DNA of 62,982 nucleotides, filler included, from Conidiobolus incongruus B7586 (Eukaryota): NCBI GenBank assembly GCA_000697335.1. It is 20 parts of 20 records of this genome, joined end to end, with 100 filler letters (N's around TTAATTAATTAA, not from the genome) between each part and the next. Parts side by side here need not be neighbours in the genome. Positions count along the whole stretch, not along the records: positions 21,159 to 26,515 come from JNEM01004055.1; positions 26,616 to 27,790 come from JNEM01004056.1; positions 27,891 to 29,217 come from JNEM01004058.1; positions 29,318 to 42,641 come from JNEM01004061.1; 16 more parts are not named here. One strand, 5' to 3'. Shown piece by piece: positions 25,820 to 38,336 of this stretch (position 1 is its first letter; each line of letters starts with the position of its first letter). The notes under the pieces were generated by a model. It saw only the letters and a program-made list of their open reading frames with translations, ran no database searches and was not told where the DNA came from. The position numbers and the translations under genes were made by a program.

Positions 25820-25915
25820 AGTATTTTGATAATAAAGCTATTTCTATGATATTATTAGATGTTGGCATCACTTTTGATTCACTTATATACTATAAAGCCT
25901 CATTAGCCATCCATA
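25820..25915. repeat. Short dispersed relic, direct repeat of ~45380-45475
   Basis: tattttgataataaagctatttctatgatattatt...cattagccatc vs tattttgttattaaagctatttccataatattatt...tattagccatc; the minus-strand frame conserves (W)MAN..L...NNI.EIAL..KYL in both copies. Confidence 0.55.
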
Positions 25916-28149
25916 GCCTTTTTCTCAATATTGATGACCTTTAACCCTTTAGAAGGTGAGTCATAATCTATAAAATACCCTTGATATATAACCTTAATCA
26001 AAAGTACTATAATAATAAACCTTTTTCCATTATAAATCTATTAATCACTTGAATTTTTAAATTATTATTTATTAATTAATAATTAAGTCAGGAACCAAGA
26101 TATTATTAAATCTTTTTATATTTTTAGTTATTGAAATTATGGATATTTATGAATTATAAGCAATCTAATTTTTAATTTAAATATTCTTATCTCTTGGTAT
26201 ATCTAATAAATATAACATTCAATTTTTTACCCAATTTTTGACACTAAGTTATAACTTATCAATATCATTTATTAATTGCCAAATATATAATGAATTTCAA
26301 AAATAGGTAATTAAATTTAATTTTTTCTTATTTTAATAAATTTATAAAATATTGAAATTATTAAAATTTTTTTATAAAATATTAAATCTCTAAATAATTT
26401 TTAAGATATAAATCTTTATATTAAAATTACTAAATTATTTTTAAAAAATTAATAATTATTTATAAAATAACTGATATTTTATATTGATACTATTATTTAA
26501 ATAATTTATTAAAATNNNNNNNNNNNNNNNNNNNNNNNNNNNNNNNNNNNNNNNNNNNNTTAATTAATTAANNNNNNNNNNNNNNNNNNNNNNNNNNNNN
26601 NNNNNNNNNNNNNNNTATTTATTAAATAATAATATATTTATTATTTATTATCTATTAAAAGATATTATATATAAAAAATATTAAAATTAATTTTTTTAAG
26701 ATTTTAATTAATATCAAAAAAACTACAAATTATAGAAAAAATATTATTAAATATCAATTATAACTAAATTAAATATGAAATTTGGCAATATATATTATTA
26801 TAAAAAATTTGAATAAAGTATTAATTATTATATCTATTAGTTTATAAAATATTTAATATAAATATTCTTTGATTTAAAATTAATTATTAATTTTATATAT
26901 TTATTATTAATAATATTTAAATTTATTAAAATATCTTTTATTAAGTTGATATTTTAGTTTCTTAGAATGTTATGAATTCATATTTAATAACTTGAAAAAA
27001 TTTTGTCTTAATTATCTAAAATCATATTTTATAAGATAAAATAATCTGACTTATATTTATTAAAAAGTTATATAATCTTTATTTCTTATTTTTATAATTC
27101 ACAAATATATAGAATAAAATTATAACCGATAGAAAAATTATCAGATTATTACCTGAGTTATATTAATATAACTTCCTATAATTTAAAACTATCCTATAAT
27201 AGAAATCATAATTATAAAGTGAAAAATTATATATAAGACCCTAAGTTAACTAAAAGAAAAATCTTATAAATATGATTAAAAATTTAATATTTACTATTTT
27301 TGCACAATTTAACCTCAAAAACATACCTCTCATATTCCAACTTTATTACTCCGCTAGGAATCTTATTGCTCTAGTGCATCAGGTTACAAGATATTAATAA
27401 CTCTGATTGAGTGGATATTATATAATATTTGTTTATATATTAGCATAAAACTTATTGATATATTATATTACATTAAACATTTTGAATTTAAAAGTTAATT
27501 ATATTGCATCTAAAACCTTTGATATTTGTTTTTGGAAATATAATAAAGAAAAATCTGTATTTAGTATTTTTATATATTTATTTAAAAATTTATTTATTAG
27601 TTTGGAATAATTGTATCGATTTCATTTATAAATGAAACTGAAATCATATGATATATTGAAAATATCTTTATTTTAATATAATATTATTTTATCATATTTT
27701 ATTATCAGTTAAATAAGTCCATTTATTGTTTTCTATAGTTTACTTAATAAATATCTAATAAATCTATTTTCAAACCTTCATTTTGAAGACNNNNNNNNNN
27801 NNNNNNNNNNNNNNNNNNNNNNNNNNNNNNNNNNTTAATTAATTAANNNNNNNNNNNNNNNNNNNNNNNNNNNNNNNNNNNNNNNNNNNNGTTTATATAT
27901 CATTAAATCTTAAATTTTTATTTAATTGGTATTTATTATAGTTTTAATAAATTATTATTTTGAATTTGAAATAATAGAAAATTTTTGAGTTTTTGATTTT
28001 TCAAATATATTTTTAATTTGAAATAAATAAATATATTCAGAGTTAATAGGAAATTATATTTTTTAATATATATATATTTTATTTTTTTTGATTAAAAAAT
28101 TAATTTTTTTAAAATTAATCATTTAATTTAATTATATTTAAATTAAATA

Positions 28150-29162
28150 GAAATTAAAAAAGTCTTTTATTTTAATATCAATATAACTTAACCATAAGAC
28201 CTTTAAAATTATTTAAAATTTATAAGTAGCTTTTAGTAATAAAACATTATTTAAATTAATAATTTATTGTTAGTTAAATTAGTCTAAAGCTAAAAAAGAA
28301 ATTATTTAAAAACTACTAAAATTTAAAAGATTACCTTCAACTATCATTTTTTTATTTATAAAAGGAATAAAAAAATATATTACAGAGTATTTTTTTTATT
28401 TTAATTAAAGAATTATCTAAGTATTTTAATATTAGTCTTATAAGTATTTTATATATATTAAAGTTTAAACTCAAATTAATAAATAAAAATATAAAATAAA
28501 TATCTTATAATTTAACTATAGCTTAATAAAAAGCTAGAGTAGCTATTGCTAAACAAAACTTATTAAAATATTATCAAAAGTTTATACTTTTATAATTAAT
28601 TATTTCAATTGATAAATCTCTAATTTTTATATATAATCTTTTATCAAAACATAAATCAAGATGTTAGATTAAGCTAAATCAACCCTCTTTATAAATTTTT
28701 TTAAATAAATATTTTGTTAATAAGCTAATAATAATTATTATAGTAGATTATATTGATATATGTTATTTTTATTTAATTTTTGAAGAAAAATCAATTAATA
28801 GTAAACTTTATATTGCTTTTTTAAATAAAAGTATTTTTAATTGATTTTTAATATAATTTAAAAAAACTAATTATTTTGCATAATAATTATAAAATATATA
28901 AATCTAAAGCTATAAAAAACTTTCTAATTAAAAATAACTAGAAAAAAAAATATATCTAATATATTCTTTAGATTATAACTTATATAATTATAATTGCTTT
29001 AGAAGATTAAAAACTAGCTTACAAAAAAAATTTCTGTAGAAAAATTTAATTAGTTCATAAAATATTAAATTTTAATCTTTAATAAAAAGAATTGTTTTTT
29101 AAATATTAGAAGTTTGCTAAATATATAGCAAAATACTATTAATAATAAAAAAAACTATTAAA
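28150..29162 (+). mobile_element. Degenerate mariner-family (DD34D) transposase relic
   Basis: Relic HTH (AFGNEALSKSTIYxW...LPKSGRP after reverting transitions), WIPHNL-like motif, 'att att ttg cat aat aat' (IILHDN), YSPDY region. Confidence 0.82.
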
Positions 29163-31056
29163 TATATATTAAATATATATTATATATTTATTATATATTT
29201 ATTTTATATTTAATTTANNNNNNNNNNNNNNNNNNNNNNNNNNNNNNNNNNNNNNNNNNNNTTAATTAATTAANNNNNNNNNNNNNNNNNNNNNNNNNNN
29301 NNNNNNNNNNNNNNNNNTTGATATTTATAATATTTACAAAATTATATTATAATATAATTTATAATTATTAAAATCTTATATTAAAGTGTTATTATAGACC
29401 TAAATTTTAACTAATAATATAGTTTTAAATTTAAATATCGATAAATAAATAATATATAGAATATCTGATTCTGGGAATAAATATAAAATTTAATAAAAAT
29501 TTGGAATTTATATCAATCAAATGTTTATTATATGAAATGAGTAATTGAGTTATTATTTGAAACTATTTAATTAATATAATAATTATAAATATTATATTTA
29601 TCAACAAAAGTATTTTAATCGGAACTGTTAATCAGTAATTTTATAATAATAATTTTTAAAATAAAAGTCCAATATTAATATATATTTTTTATTAACTTTA
29701 AAAATTCTTTTGTAAGTAAGGAAAAATTAATTCAAATTCTATAATCAAGTTATTTTTAAATTTTTCAATCATAAATTTGCTAACTTTAAATAAATACTAA
29801 TATAGTTTAAAATATTATTATTTTTCTAAAAAATAATTCAAAATTTGATTTATTTATTAATATTTTAGCTTAAATATATTATATATAATTTATATTTGAT
29901 ATATTTTAATATTTAGCATATTAATTTTCAAAGTTATTTATCAATATATTGATATATAATATTATTATTTTGTAATAATTAAGATCTAAACAGTTATAAT
30001 AAACTTTTAGATAATTAATTTATTAAATATATGAATACTATTGAAATTACATATTTAAATTTATAGCCAATTTTTATATTACAGATTTCGTGTAAATATT
30101 ATAATAGTTAAAAATATATAATATAGAAGAAAACTTGATATAAAAGTAATATGTCTAAATCTAATATTAAAATATAATAATAATACAATAGTAAATAAAG
30201 TCTAATTAAGTTTTAAACATAAATAAGTCATTGATATATTAACATTTATATTAGGTAGGGTTAATATGCTAGAACAATAATAATATATATTTTTAATCTT
30301 TTGTATATAAAACAATTAATAATAGGAGTTAAGAAGGAAAAAATCTGGTTTATTAGATAATTCAATATTATTTATATAATTAATTTAATTAAAAATATAG
30401 ATTAATTATATAGTTAATTAAATTATATAAAAATATATATAAGAATTTAAAGAGCTAGTCTCTTAAGATTCTAAATAAATTTTTTAAGTTTTTATATTAA
30501 TAAAATTTTTAACCTCACTAATTATGTAAATAAATGATATATAAGGAATTACTAAATTTTTCAATTATAATTGATAATAATGGATTTTAAAATTATTTAA
30601 TTTGAAAATTTAAAATATATATTAATTATGATGTTAAAAAATTTTGATAATTAAAATTTGTAGTATAATATATATCAAGATTATTGGTACTCATCGATAA
30701 TATATATGCATTTATATTTATTAACAGATTAAAAATTTATATAAATTACTTTTAGAATATAAAATCCTATTCAAACCCGAGAAATGCAAACGGGTTGATT
30801 TGAATACCATTCTAGATCATGCGAATGATTAATCATGTAAATGTTTATTGAACAAATTGAAGTTGATACTGATATTACATTTGCCACAATTAAAAAATTG
30901 AAGATTGGGAAATAATTAATATTAATGTCTACGAAAAAACTCTTTCTTGGTTCAGCCTACACTCTTCGATCTTGTATAAACGACTATTAATACCAATTAT
31001 GGCTCATTGATGTAAACACCATTCAAAAAAATTTTATCCTTTATTGCATTAAAATT

Positions 31057-31958
31057 ATGAACAATATAGCATGTTTATTATTTTTATCTTATGCTTACGC
31101 TTTTGTGGATTATTTCAAGAGTGTAAAAGATCTTAAAGAAGCTTTAACGCGCCCTGATCAATATGATGAGCAAAACTTGCCCTTAAATTTACAGCCAGTT
31201 CCTTCAAATCAGAGAATCATTCCCATTGCTTCAATTGCCATCCATGGAAAAAAATTGAAGGGGATACGGATGATTTGGCGAAACAATTATACAAAAAAGT
31301 AAAAGATATCAGGCCTAATTCAGCTTATTATGGGTTTATTGCAAATATTAACTCTAGAGAGAGTGCTAAGATTCCTAATATAAAATGTATTAGACCACAG
31401 TGTTGCGGAAAGAGTGATACAGGAAATAATACATTGACAGATAAACCCTTCTGTGAAGAAGCTAAATTAACACATTTCGACAATTGCAATAAATCCCAAG
31501 TCTGCTACGAAAATGCAGCTCATGTCACCTCTGCAAGATTTAGATCTGATAACCTTACCCAGATTTCTAAGGAACGATTCATTGTTTCATTCCATGGATT
31601 CTCGTCAAGAAAGGCAGACGACGACAAACCCATTCATGTTATATTTGGTGGCAATTATGCCAAAATCAATCAAGTGGCGAACAAATTCAATGAACTTACG
31701 AAAAATAAAGGTATTCGTTCAGTGGTGTGTCAAAAAAATGGAAGTTGTAATCTTGTTGGAACGAATATCAGAGCTGATGTAAGAGGACTTAAAGGACAAG
31801 ATAGTGGCAATGTGGTGAATTTGGGTAGACAATATAAAGGTCTTCAATTAGAATTATCCAATAATTTTAGAAATAGTTCAAATTATGAAGAAGGAAGAGA
31901 AATATTAATACAAGCTATTAAGGACACTTTGCCCAATACAGACAAGGATATCGGATAA
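31057..31958 (+). CDS. Secreted poly-gamma-glutamate hydrolase family protein (PghP/YjqB/DUF867), ~300 aa, interrupted by a 1-nt frameshift in the A7 run 31248-31254 (sequencing error or pseudogene)
   Basis: Joining ORFs 31057-31302 and 31275-31958 with one extra A gives signal peptide MNNIACLLFLSYAYA|FVDYFKS, then IAIHGKKIEGDT (HGGxIE), AAHVTSARF (HITSTRF), IVSFHG, IFGG, LKGQDSGNVVN, GLQLELS...R: all family motifs in the right order. Confidence 0.85.
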
Positions 31959-33159
31959 TTTGTTCGAAAATTTTCAATAATCTATCATGAGCAAAATTTT
32001 TTTTCATGATATAATAAATTTAGCCTGATATTGTTTTATCACTAAATCAATTTTATTAAAACCTTTTAATATATATTATCATCTATCCTCTATAAATTTA
32101 GTCAATAAACTTGAAAATGAATAATTTTTGTGTATGGTAATATCAATTTTTAACTAGATGAATGGTAATATAATTTTATAAACTATCTTTGAATTATAAA
32201 TTTTTTAAATATTTCAAATATAATTGTAATAATAATTAAAAAAGAATGATTGTTAATTATTTTTCCTTATTATTTTATATAAATTATCAATCTTTTAAAA
32301 TATTTGAAGAAAATTGAAAAAAGGTACCAACTTTCATACAATTACTTATATTATTCACTTGATTAATCCGAAATGATATATTAATAATCTAATCATTTCA
32401 ATAAATTACATATTTTAAGAAATAAATAGATTTTTTTTTAAATTTAATCAATATTTATTCATTATTTTTCCAAATATATTTGTCTTAGGGATAACCATTC
32501 GGAATGATGAAATTTCTAAAGTTCTTTGAGTTCACAGATCTACACACAATTTTAATAGATTATACGATGCAAAAAGGATGAATTTTCTAAAGATTATTTA
32601 TCTGTTAAATTGTCTCATTTTTGAATATTGATTATATTCATTAAAACTATCCAACATATAATTATTGAAAGCAAATAATAACTCAATTTGAGATATTAAA
32701 AATATTGAAGTTGAAATTATTATCAATAAGCTAGCAAATGAAATGATTATATTAATTGTAACATCGACTCTTATAATTATCAATTTTCGGAGTGGATGAA
32801 TTACTTCACATCATTATCTTTTCACAATATCAGCTTATCAAATAAAAAATGGTTTTGAGCAATCACAGCAAACATCGCAAAACCTTAACTCAATAAGTTA
32901 CAATACCCATCTCATGCTTCAAACTCAAAGGACTGTGTATCAAAGATGGAGTATCAATTTAACTTAACAGCAATATTAAGTAATGAGTTTAAAATAAGAC
33001 TTAAAAACTTGGAATCTGTTAAAGTTTTAACCTTGATTTTTATTAAAATCAAATTAAGGTTAAAATTTAATTATTTATTAAGATAAATGATTCATTAGTG
33101 AATTTTAAATTGAGTTATATAGAAATAAAGTTTGTTAATTGATGTACATTGATTATATT

Positions 33160-33645
33160 TCAAATGTAAAATAACGTACTAACCTCCTGCAATAGGGTCA
33201 AAGTATCAGTTTCGTAAACGATAGCACCAAGCTCCAAAAGCTCTTGAGCGACCATTTGTTCAATTTGAGTAGTAGCTTCAGGAAGAGGTTGGGAATGCTT
33301 AGGAGATACTTGCATTCACCATTATATAACTTGCATAGCTTGTTCTTCGTAGAGGTTCTGCAAGCGTTGATAAAAATCAAAAGACAAATTCAAGGCATTT
33401 TGGATATTATGAACAACTTCACTTAGTTCATTGAAAAACTCTTGTTTGGGAAGCTTCGACAATCCTCGAATGTAGCTATAGGCTTCGTCGGCATTAATTT
33501 ATAATTTAATATCAAAGGGAGCGGTCAAGCTTAAAGGTTCACCTACGGAAACATCTTGACTGGAATCAGTATTTGGTTAAAAGTTGATGGGAAAAGCAAA
33601 AGTAGGGTCACAAGTTAAAAAGGTGGAAATAGTAGTGAATTTCAT
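33160..33645 (-). pseudogene. Pseudogene of the tandem secreted ~162-aa protein family
   Basis: ATG 33645 to TGA 33160 in a single frame: MKFTTISTFLTC...DSSQDVSVGEPLSLTAPFDI...HNIQNALNLSFDFYQRLQNL...LLELGAIVYETDTLTLLQEVSTLF, with 4 in-frame stops (codons 23, 49, 108, 110). Confidence 0.92.
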
Positions 33646-35102
33646 TTTTGAGTCAAACTTTAATGCTAAATATTTACTGAATTAATATTTATTTATATAC
33701 TTGAGAAACTTTTAATTTTCTGTATTATTTTTTAATTTTTACATTGCTGATTGATATTAGCTGCCATGATAGGATGCAATTATTTTAAAAATTGTATCAT
33801 AGCTTAATTAAGCAAATATGTCTATCTAATTAAGTACCTTGATGAGTTTTAACAACAATTGAAAGATAATCAGAATGATTAAATTCAGAAACATAATTTG
33901 GTAAATATCAATTCTCTTTGAATTTATTGAATGTATTTTGTAAAGATTATTTACAAATCTAGTGTATATCAGATATATTTAGATTAAATACAGTACTTTA
34001 TGATATAAGGAATATTGAATGATTAATTCCAAGAGAAATATACGTACATTCATATATTAACCATTAAAATTATAATTATTGATATTTTGTTGTAATCAGT
34101 AGAAAAATGATAGTTTATCTAATATTCGATTTTTCATAATAAATCTCAATATAATGTATTAATTAATCAAAAATAAGAATAGCAAATTAAAAAATATTTA
34201 CATAATAACAAAATAGTTTTATCTTAGTAGGAAGTAATATACATTGATGAAGATAAAGAATTTAGAGGTTTATTACAAATTTGCACTTAAGTTTTCGGAT
34301 TGTCTGTATTTGCTGATATTGCAAGTTCAAACGTGTAATTTTTCTAATAATTTAAAAATTATTAGGATTTGAATTTTAATTCAGTGGATATTATCTCAAT
34401 CACTTTGATTCACTAAAATAAATCTAGAAATCAATCTACTGCGAATTTTAGATATGGATATTCAAATTTAGATTATTCAATCAAATTATGTATTATATCC
34501 TTCAGATCATAATACTAATTATGAATAGTACTTAGATTTTGTAATTGGCTAAATAAAAATTATATATTTTTCCATGTAAAGATTAAATTGAAGCATTTTA
34601 GACGAAGTTTACTATATATATCAAATACATAAAATTAATAGTTGTTTTGAAGTTAGTAACCTCTATTGAATTATTTATAATTCAACAATATTTTTGTAAT
34701 TATTTGATAATAAAATATAACTGACAAAATATTCAATATTTAATCCTTTAGTAATTATTATATAAATATGTTATATTAACTAAGTCATAGAATTTTGCAT
34801 TCAACCACATATAATCATTTATTTAACTATACAAAAATATAAATATTAAATTGCAGTTGAATGATAATAGAATCTTTGTGCTTTTAGTTGAATATTATTT
34901 CATACCAAATTATTATTTGTTAAATTTTGTTAAAAAAGTAATGAATGATCAAATTGATTTTGGGTGATTTTTATATGATTTGACCACAAAAAATATTGAA
35001 ATCCTTATTCAGTTTTTACATTCCTTTTTTGAAAGTCATTTCTATGACCAATATCATTTTTATTAATAAATTTATATCAAATTTGTCCAATTTATTATTA
35101 AA

Positions 35103-35501
35103 TGATTGGATAGGTTAATAATGACGACCGTGATTGTGGAGGGAAATAGACTTTTAGAGTTTAAACGGGGAATCCCCAGTGGTAAACGACAGGTTACCAC
35201 AGAGTTACGGGAAATTGATGGGGTTCACCAAATCAGGTGCAGGCGACTTACTGTAAATTGGGCTCCGTGTAAAGTAATTATCTCATGCTCGTCATGACTC
35301 AACACTACTTTGAGGGTTTCGAGGAAAACTTAGAGAATGGATACTTTTAAAGATAAAAAAGATGTGTTTATTAGTTTGTTCATGATAATCTTATATTAGA
35401 GTTCAGGAAATGAGCATTCCCAATGTGACTGCTCGATTCATTTTGGTAATCCCAGTTTTTTGAGTGATTAGCAAGAATATTTCTCATAAATAACCATATC
35501 A
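35103..35501. mobile_element. GC-elevated ~400-bp island, possible solo LTR or retroelement fragment
   Basis: Bounded by TGAT...ATCA, composition distinct from the flanks, internal hairpins; no convincing target-site duplication. Confidence 0.3.
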
Positions 35502-36599
35502 TAGGAATAATGAGTAATTTTATTAATTGGATTGATTATGATAGATGTTCATTAATTTGAAATACTTCAATTTTAAAATTTTTATTAGAGTTGGATTATT
35601 AATATTAATCCAAAGTTTAAGTTATATAAGATAATTATTTAAAATTATTTTACTTTAAATCTAAAAATATACAGTATCTGAATAAATTAATTAAAATAAA
35701 TTTACTATAATCTCTATATTTTTAATATAAACGAAAAAAAGTCGTTATTTAATAGTTTTAGATAATTTTGTTATTTGAACACTTGGAAGCAAGTTATTCA
35801 TTATTATAAAAATATATCAGAATGTTGAACATTTAGCATTAGCTCATTTCCGAAATCAATAACATTGCATGAGCTTTGAATATATGAGTTTTTGATATTT
35901 TTTTAATTTGATATTCCTTAATTTCAGTTATATTAAATTACAAGTTCATAGCTACATGCATATATATATATATATATTTGAATCAATTTAAATTTCTATC
36001 AGAATAAAAGTTGAAATTTTAATATAAAAAGCTAAGTAGATCTTAATATCCATCATCTCTCTAAATACTTAAAATCATTTTTAAAATTTCAAAATAAAAA
36101 TTTATTTATTAATTCAGTATAAAATTATATGATTTTATTTTTATTCAAGTTTTTATAAATAACATATTTATAATATCCAAAATGTATAAATGTTTATTTC
36201 AACCACAATCCTATACTTGATCAGTTGTAAAATAGATTTTGAATTGAAAATCAAAATACACAAATCATTAAATAATACATATCTTCTATATTTAAATTTA
36301 AGTTCATGAATATAGTTTATTAAAAGGTGCACCACACCAAATTTGATATTTGCCCATTATAAAAGAATTAATCAAACAAAATATAAAATTATACAATATA
36401 GAGTATGTTTTCATTATGCTTTGCTTTTAGCTCAATTAACAATTCTATAATCTATCAAATATTGATTTGTATTATTGATAAAATCATTTTTAAAAATAAA
36501 TCACTGTTTTTTATAAATACAATACTTATATTGGTTTAATAAACAATTGAGCAATATTGGAATTTCACATAATATAAGGTTTAATGTACATAAAATTGA

Positions 36600-36945
36600 A
36601 CAAGCAATTGTTGTATTTGAAAAATACCTCTCTGTCTAAAATTGTTAGTTAAGTCCACGTTACCTCTCATTTATAGTAGATTTGTTGGTCCATAATCAAA
36701 TGATACTCTTTAGCCCTTTTTATTAGAATTTATCCAAAATCTATGTCACCAACTGAATGAATTATTGAAACGCAGAAGTGGTAAGAATAGAAAGAGGTCC
36801 TCATTTTTCTGGATATTCTACTATATCACCTCAACAATAAGTAAACTTTAAGACATATAGAATTAATAAATAATTTACTAAATCATATTACAAGTACTTT
36901 TCTAACAATGATATTTATTTACAAAGCTAACTATAAAATACAACA
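36600..36945 (-). repeat. Dispersed ~350-bp repeat, copy 3 (same orientation as 9692-10045)
   Basis: ctctcatttatagtagatttgttggtccataatcaaatgat...tttttctggatattctact...aagtacttttctaacaa matches copies 1 and 2 with somewhat more divergence. Confidence 0.88.
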
Positions 36946-37162
36946 CAAGCCAAAACCAATAATATATTGTATGAATCTAATAAAATTCTAGTTTTATAAA
37001 GGGACAAAAATGATTAGGTTTTTGCTACAATAAAATGAAATAAACAATTATTTAAGTACAAAACACTTTATATACAAATTAATTATAAATAATTTATTAT
37101 TACAATAAATATAATAATAAAATTAAAATATGCGATATTAATTAAGGAATATTAATTATACT

Positions 37163-37651
37163 TTAAAAGCGAAATAAAGTGCTAACCTCCTGTAATAAAG
37201 TCAAAGGATCAGTTTCGTAGACAATAGAGCCAAGTTCCAAAAGGTCTTGAGCGAAGTTTTGTTCAATTTGAGTAGCATCTCCAGGAAGAGTTTGGGAATA
37301 CTTTTCAGATACTCCAGCCCACCATTCGACAACTTGTTCAGCTTGTTCTTCGGAAAGATTTTGTAAGCGTTGAACAAAGTCATAAGACAAATTCAAAGCA
37401 TTTTGAATACCGTGAACTTCTTTATTTAATTGCTTGACAAACTCTTCTTTGGGAAGCTTGGCCAAAGCTTGAATGTTGTTGTAGGCGTCGTCGGAATCAA
37501 TAAAAGATTCAATATCAAAGGGGCCAGGGAAGGTTAATGGCTCATCAACTAAAACATCATAACTGATCTCATTTTGGGCATCAGGATTGATGGGCTTAGC
37601 AAAAAGAGAGCCACAAGCTAAAAAGGAGGAGATGATGGTAGCGAATTTCAT
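37163..37651 (-). CDS. Secreted acidic alpha-helical protein of unknown function, 162 aa (ATG 37651)
   Basis: Signal peptide MKFATIISSFLACGSLFA|KP; clear paralogue of 40125-40613 and of pseudogene 33160-33645; TATA-like TATATAAA about 50 nt upstream. Confidence 0.9.
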   Translation of the reverse strand: MKFATIISSFLACGSLFAKPINPDAQNEISYDVLVDEPLTFPGPFDIESFIDSDDAYNNIQALAKLPKEEFVKQLNKEVHGIQNALNLSYDFVQRLQNLSEEQAEQVVEWWAGVSEKYSQTLPGDATQIEQNFAQDLLELGSIVYETDPLTLLQEVSTLFRF

Positions 37652-37996
37652 TATGGAATTAATATTTAATATTAAGTATTCATTCAAAACAGATCAATTT
37701 ATATAGACGTAATATTCAATTATATTTTCTCACAAATTACTAATTCTCTAATCCATTGTTAATAACAGCTTTAAATTTAACATACGGATAAAGATACTAT
37801 TGGATAGAATTAATAAATTTTTATCTTTAGTTACTCTCAGAGGTGTGAAAATATTCTATTTTACAATATTCAAATCAAGTATTACAATGAATTTAGCGAA
37901 ATTTATGATATTTTTAACATTACCTTACACGAACTGTGATTCTATTTTCATATAATATTAATCTGCAAATATATTATTAAAATGATGTATTCTTAT

Positions 37997-38336
37997 TGTA
38001 TAGAGGAATTAAAAAAGATAATATATTGGAAGCTTCTTGGGAAAGAAGTTGTTCAATAGAAATCCAAGGGAAATGTGATCCAACTAAAACTATAAGATAA
38101 GGGATTGATAGAGAGTGTATTAGTTAATGAAATAGTTGGGATTATCCAGACCAGTCCGTCTGGTGTCTCTTTTAGAGAGGCATATGCAATTTATATTATT
38201 GGTTGATAGTGTGTGTAACCAGTCCGTGATGCTGACTTGGTTTGTGCTTCAATCTTAATGGGAGAATATTACCCAGGTAGGAGTATAGAGAGAAAACCGG
38301 ATACTGAAGTGAGAGTGGGTCTCTAGGCTCCTGACA
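37997..38336 (-). mobile_element. Solo LTR (340 bp)
   Basis: Termini TGT...ACA flanked by the 4-bp direct repeat TTAT (37993-37996 and 38337-38340); GC-elevated; the minus strand starts TGTCAGGAG and contains TATAAA. Confidence 0.7.

Noticed and set aside
31983..32011. tatcatga...tcatgata hairpin after the hydrolase as a bacterial terminator or contamination sign
   Set aside because: AT-rich stem without a proper U-tract; the gene sits in a contig with fungal genes and repeats.
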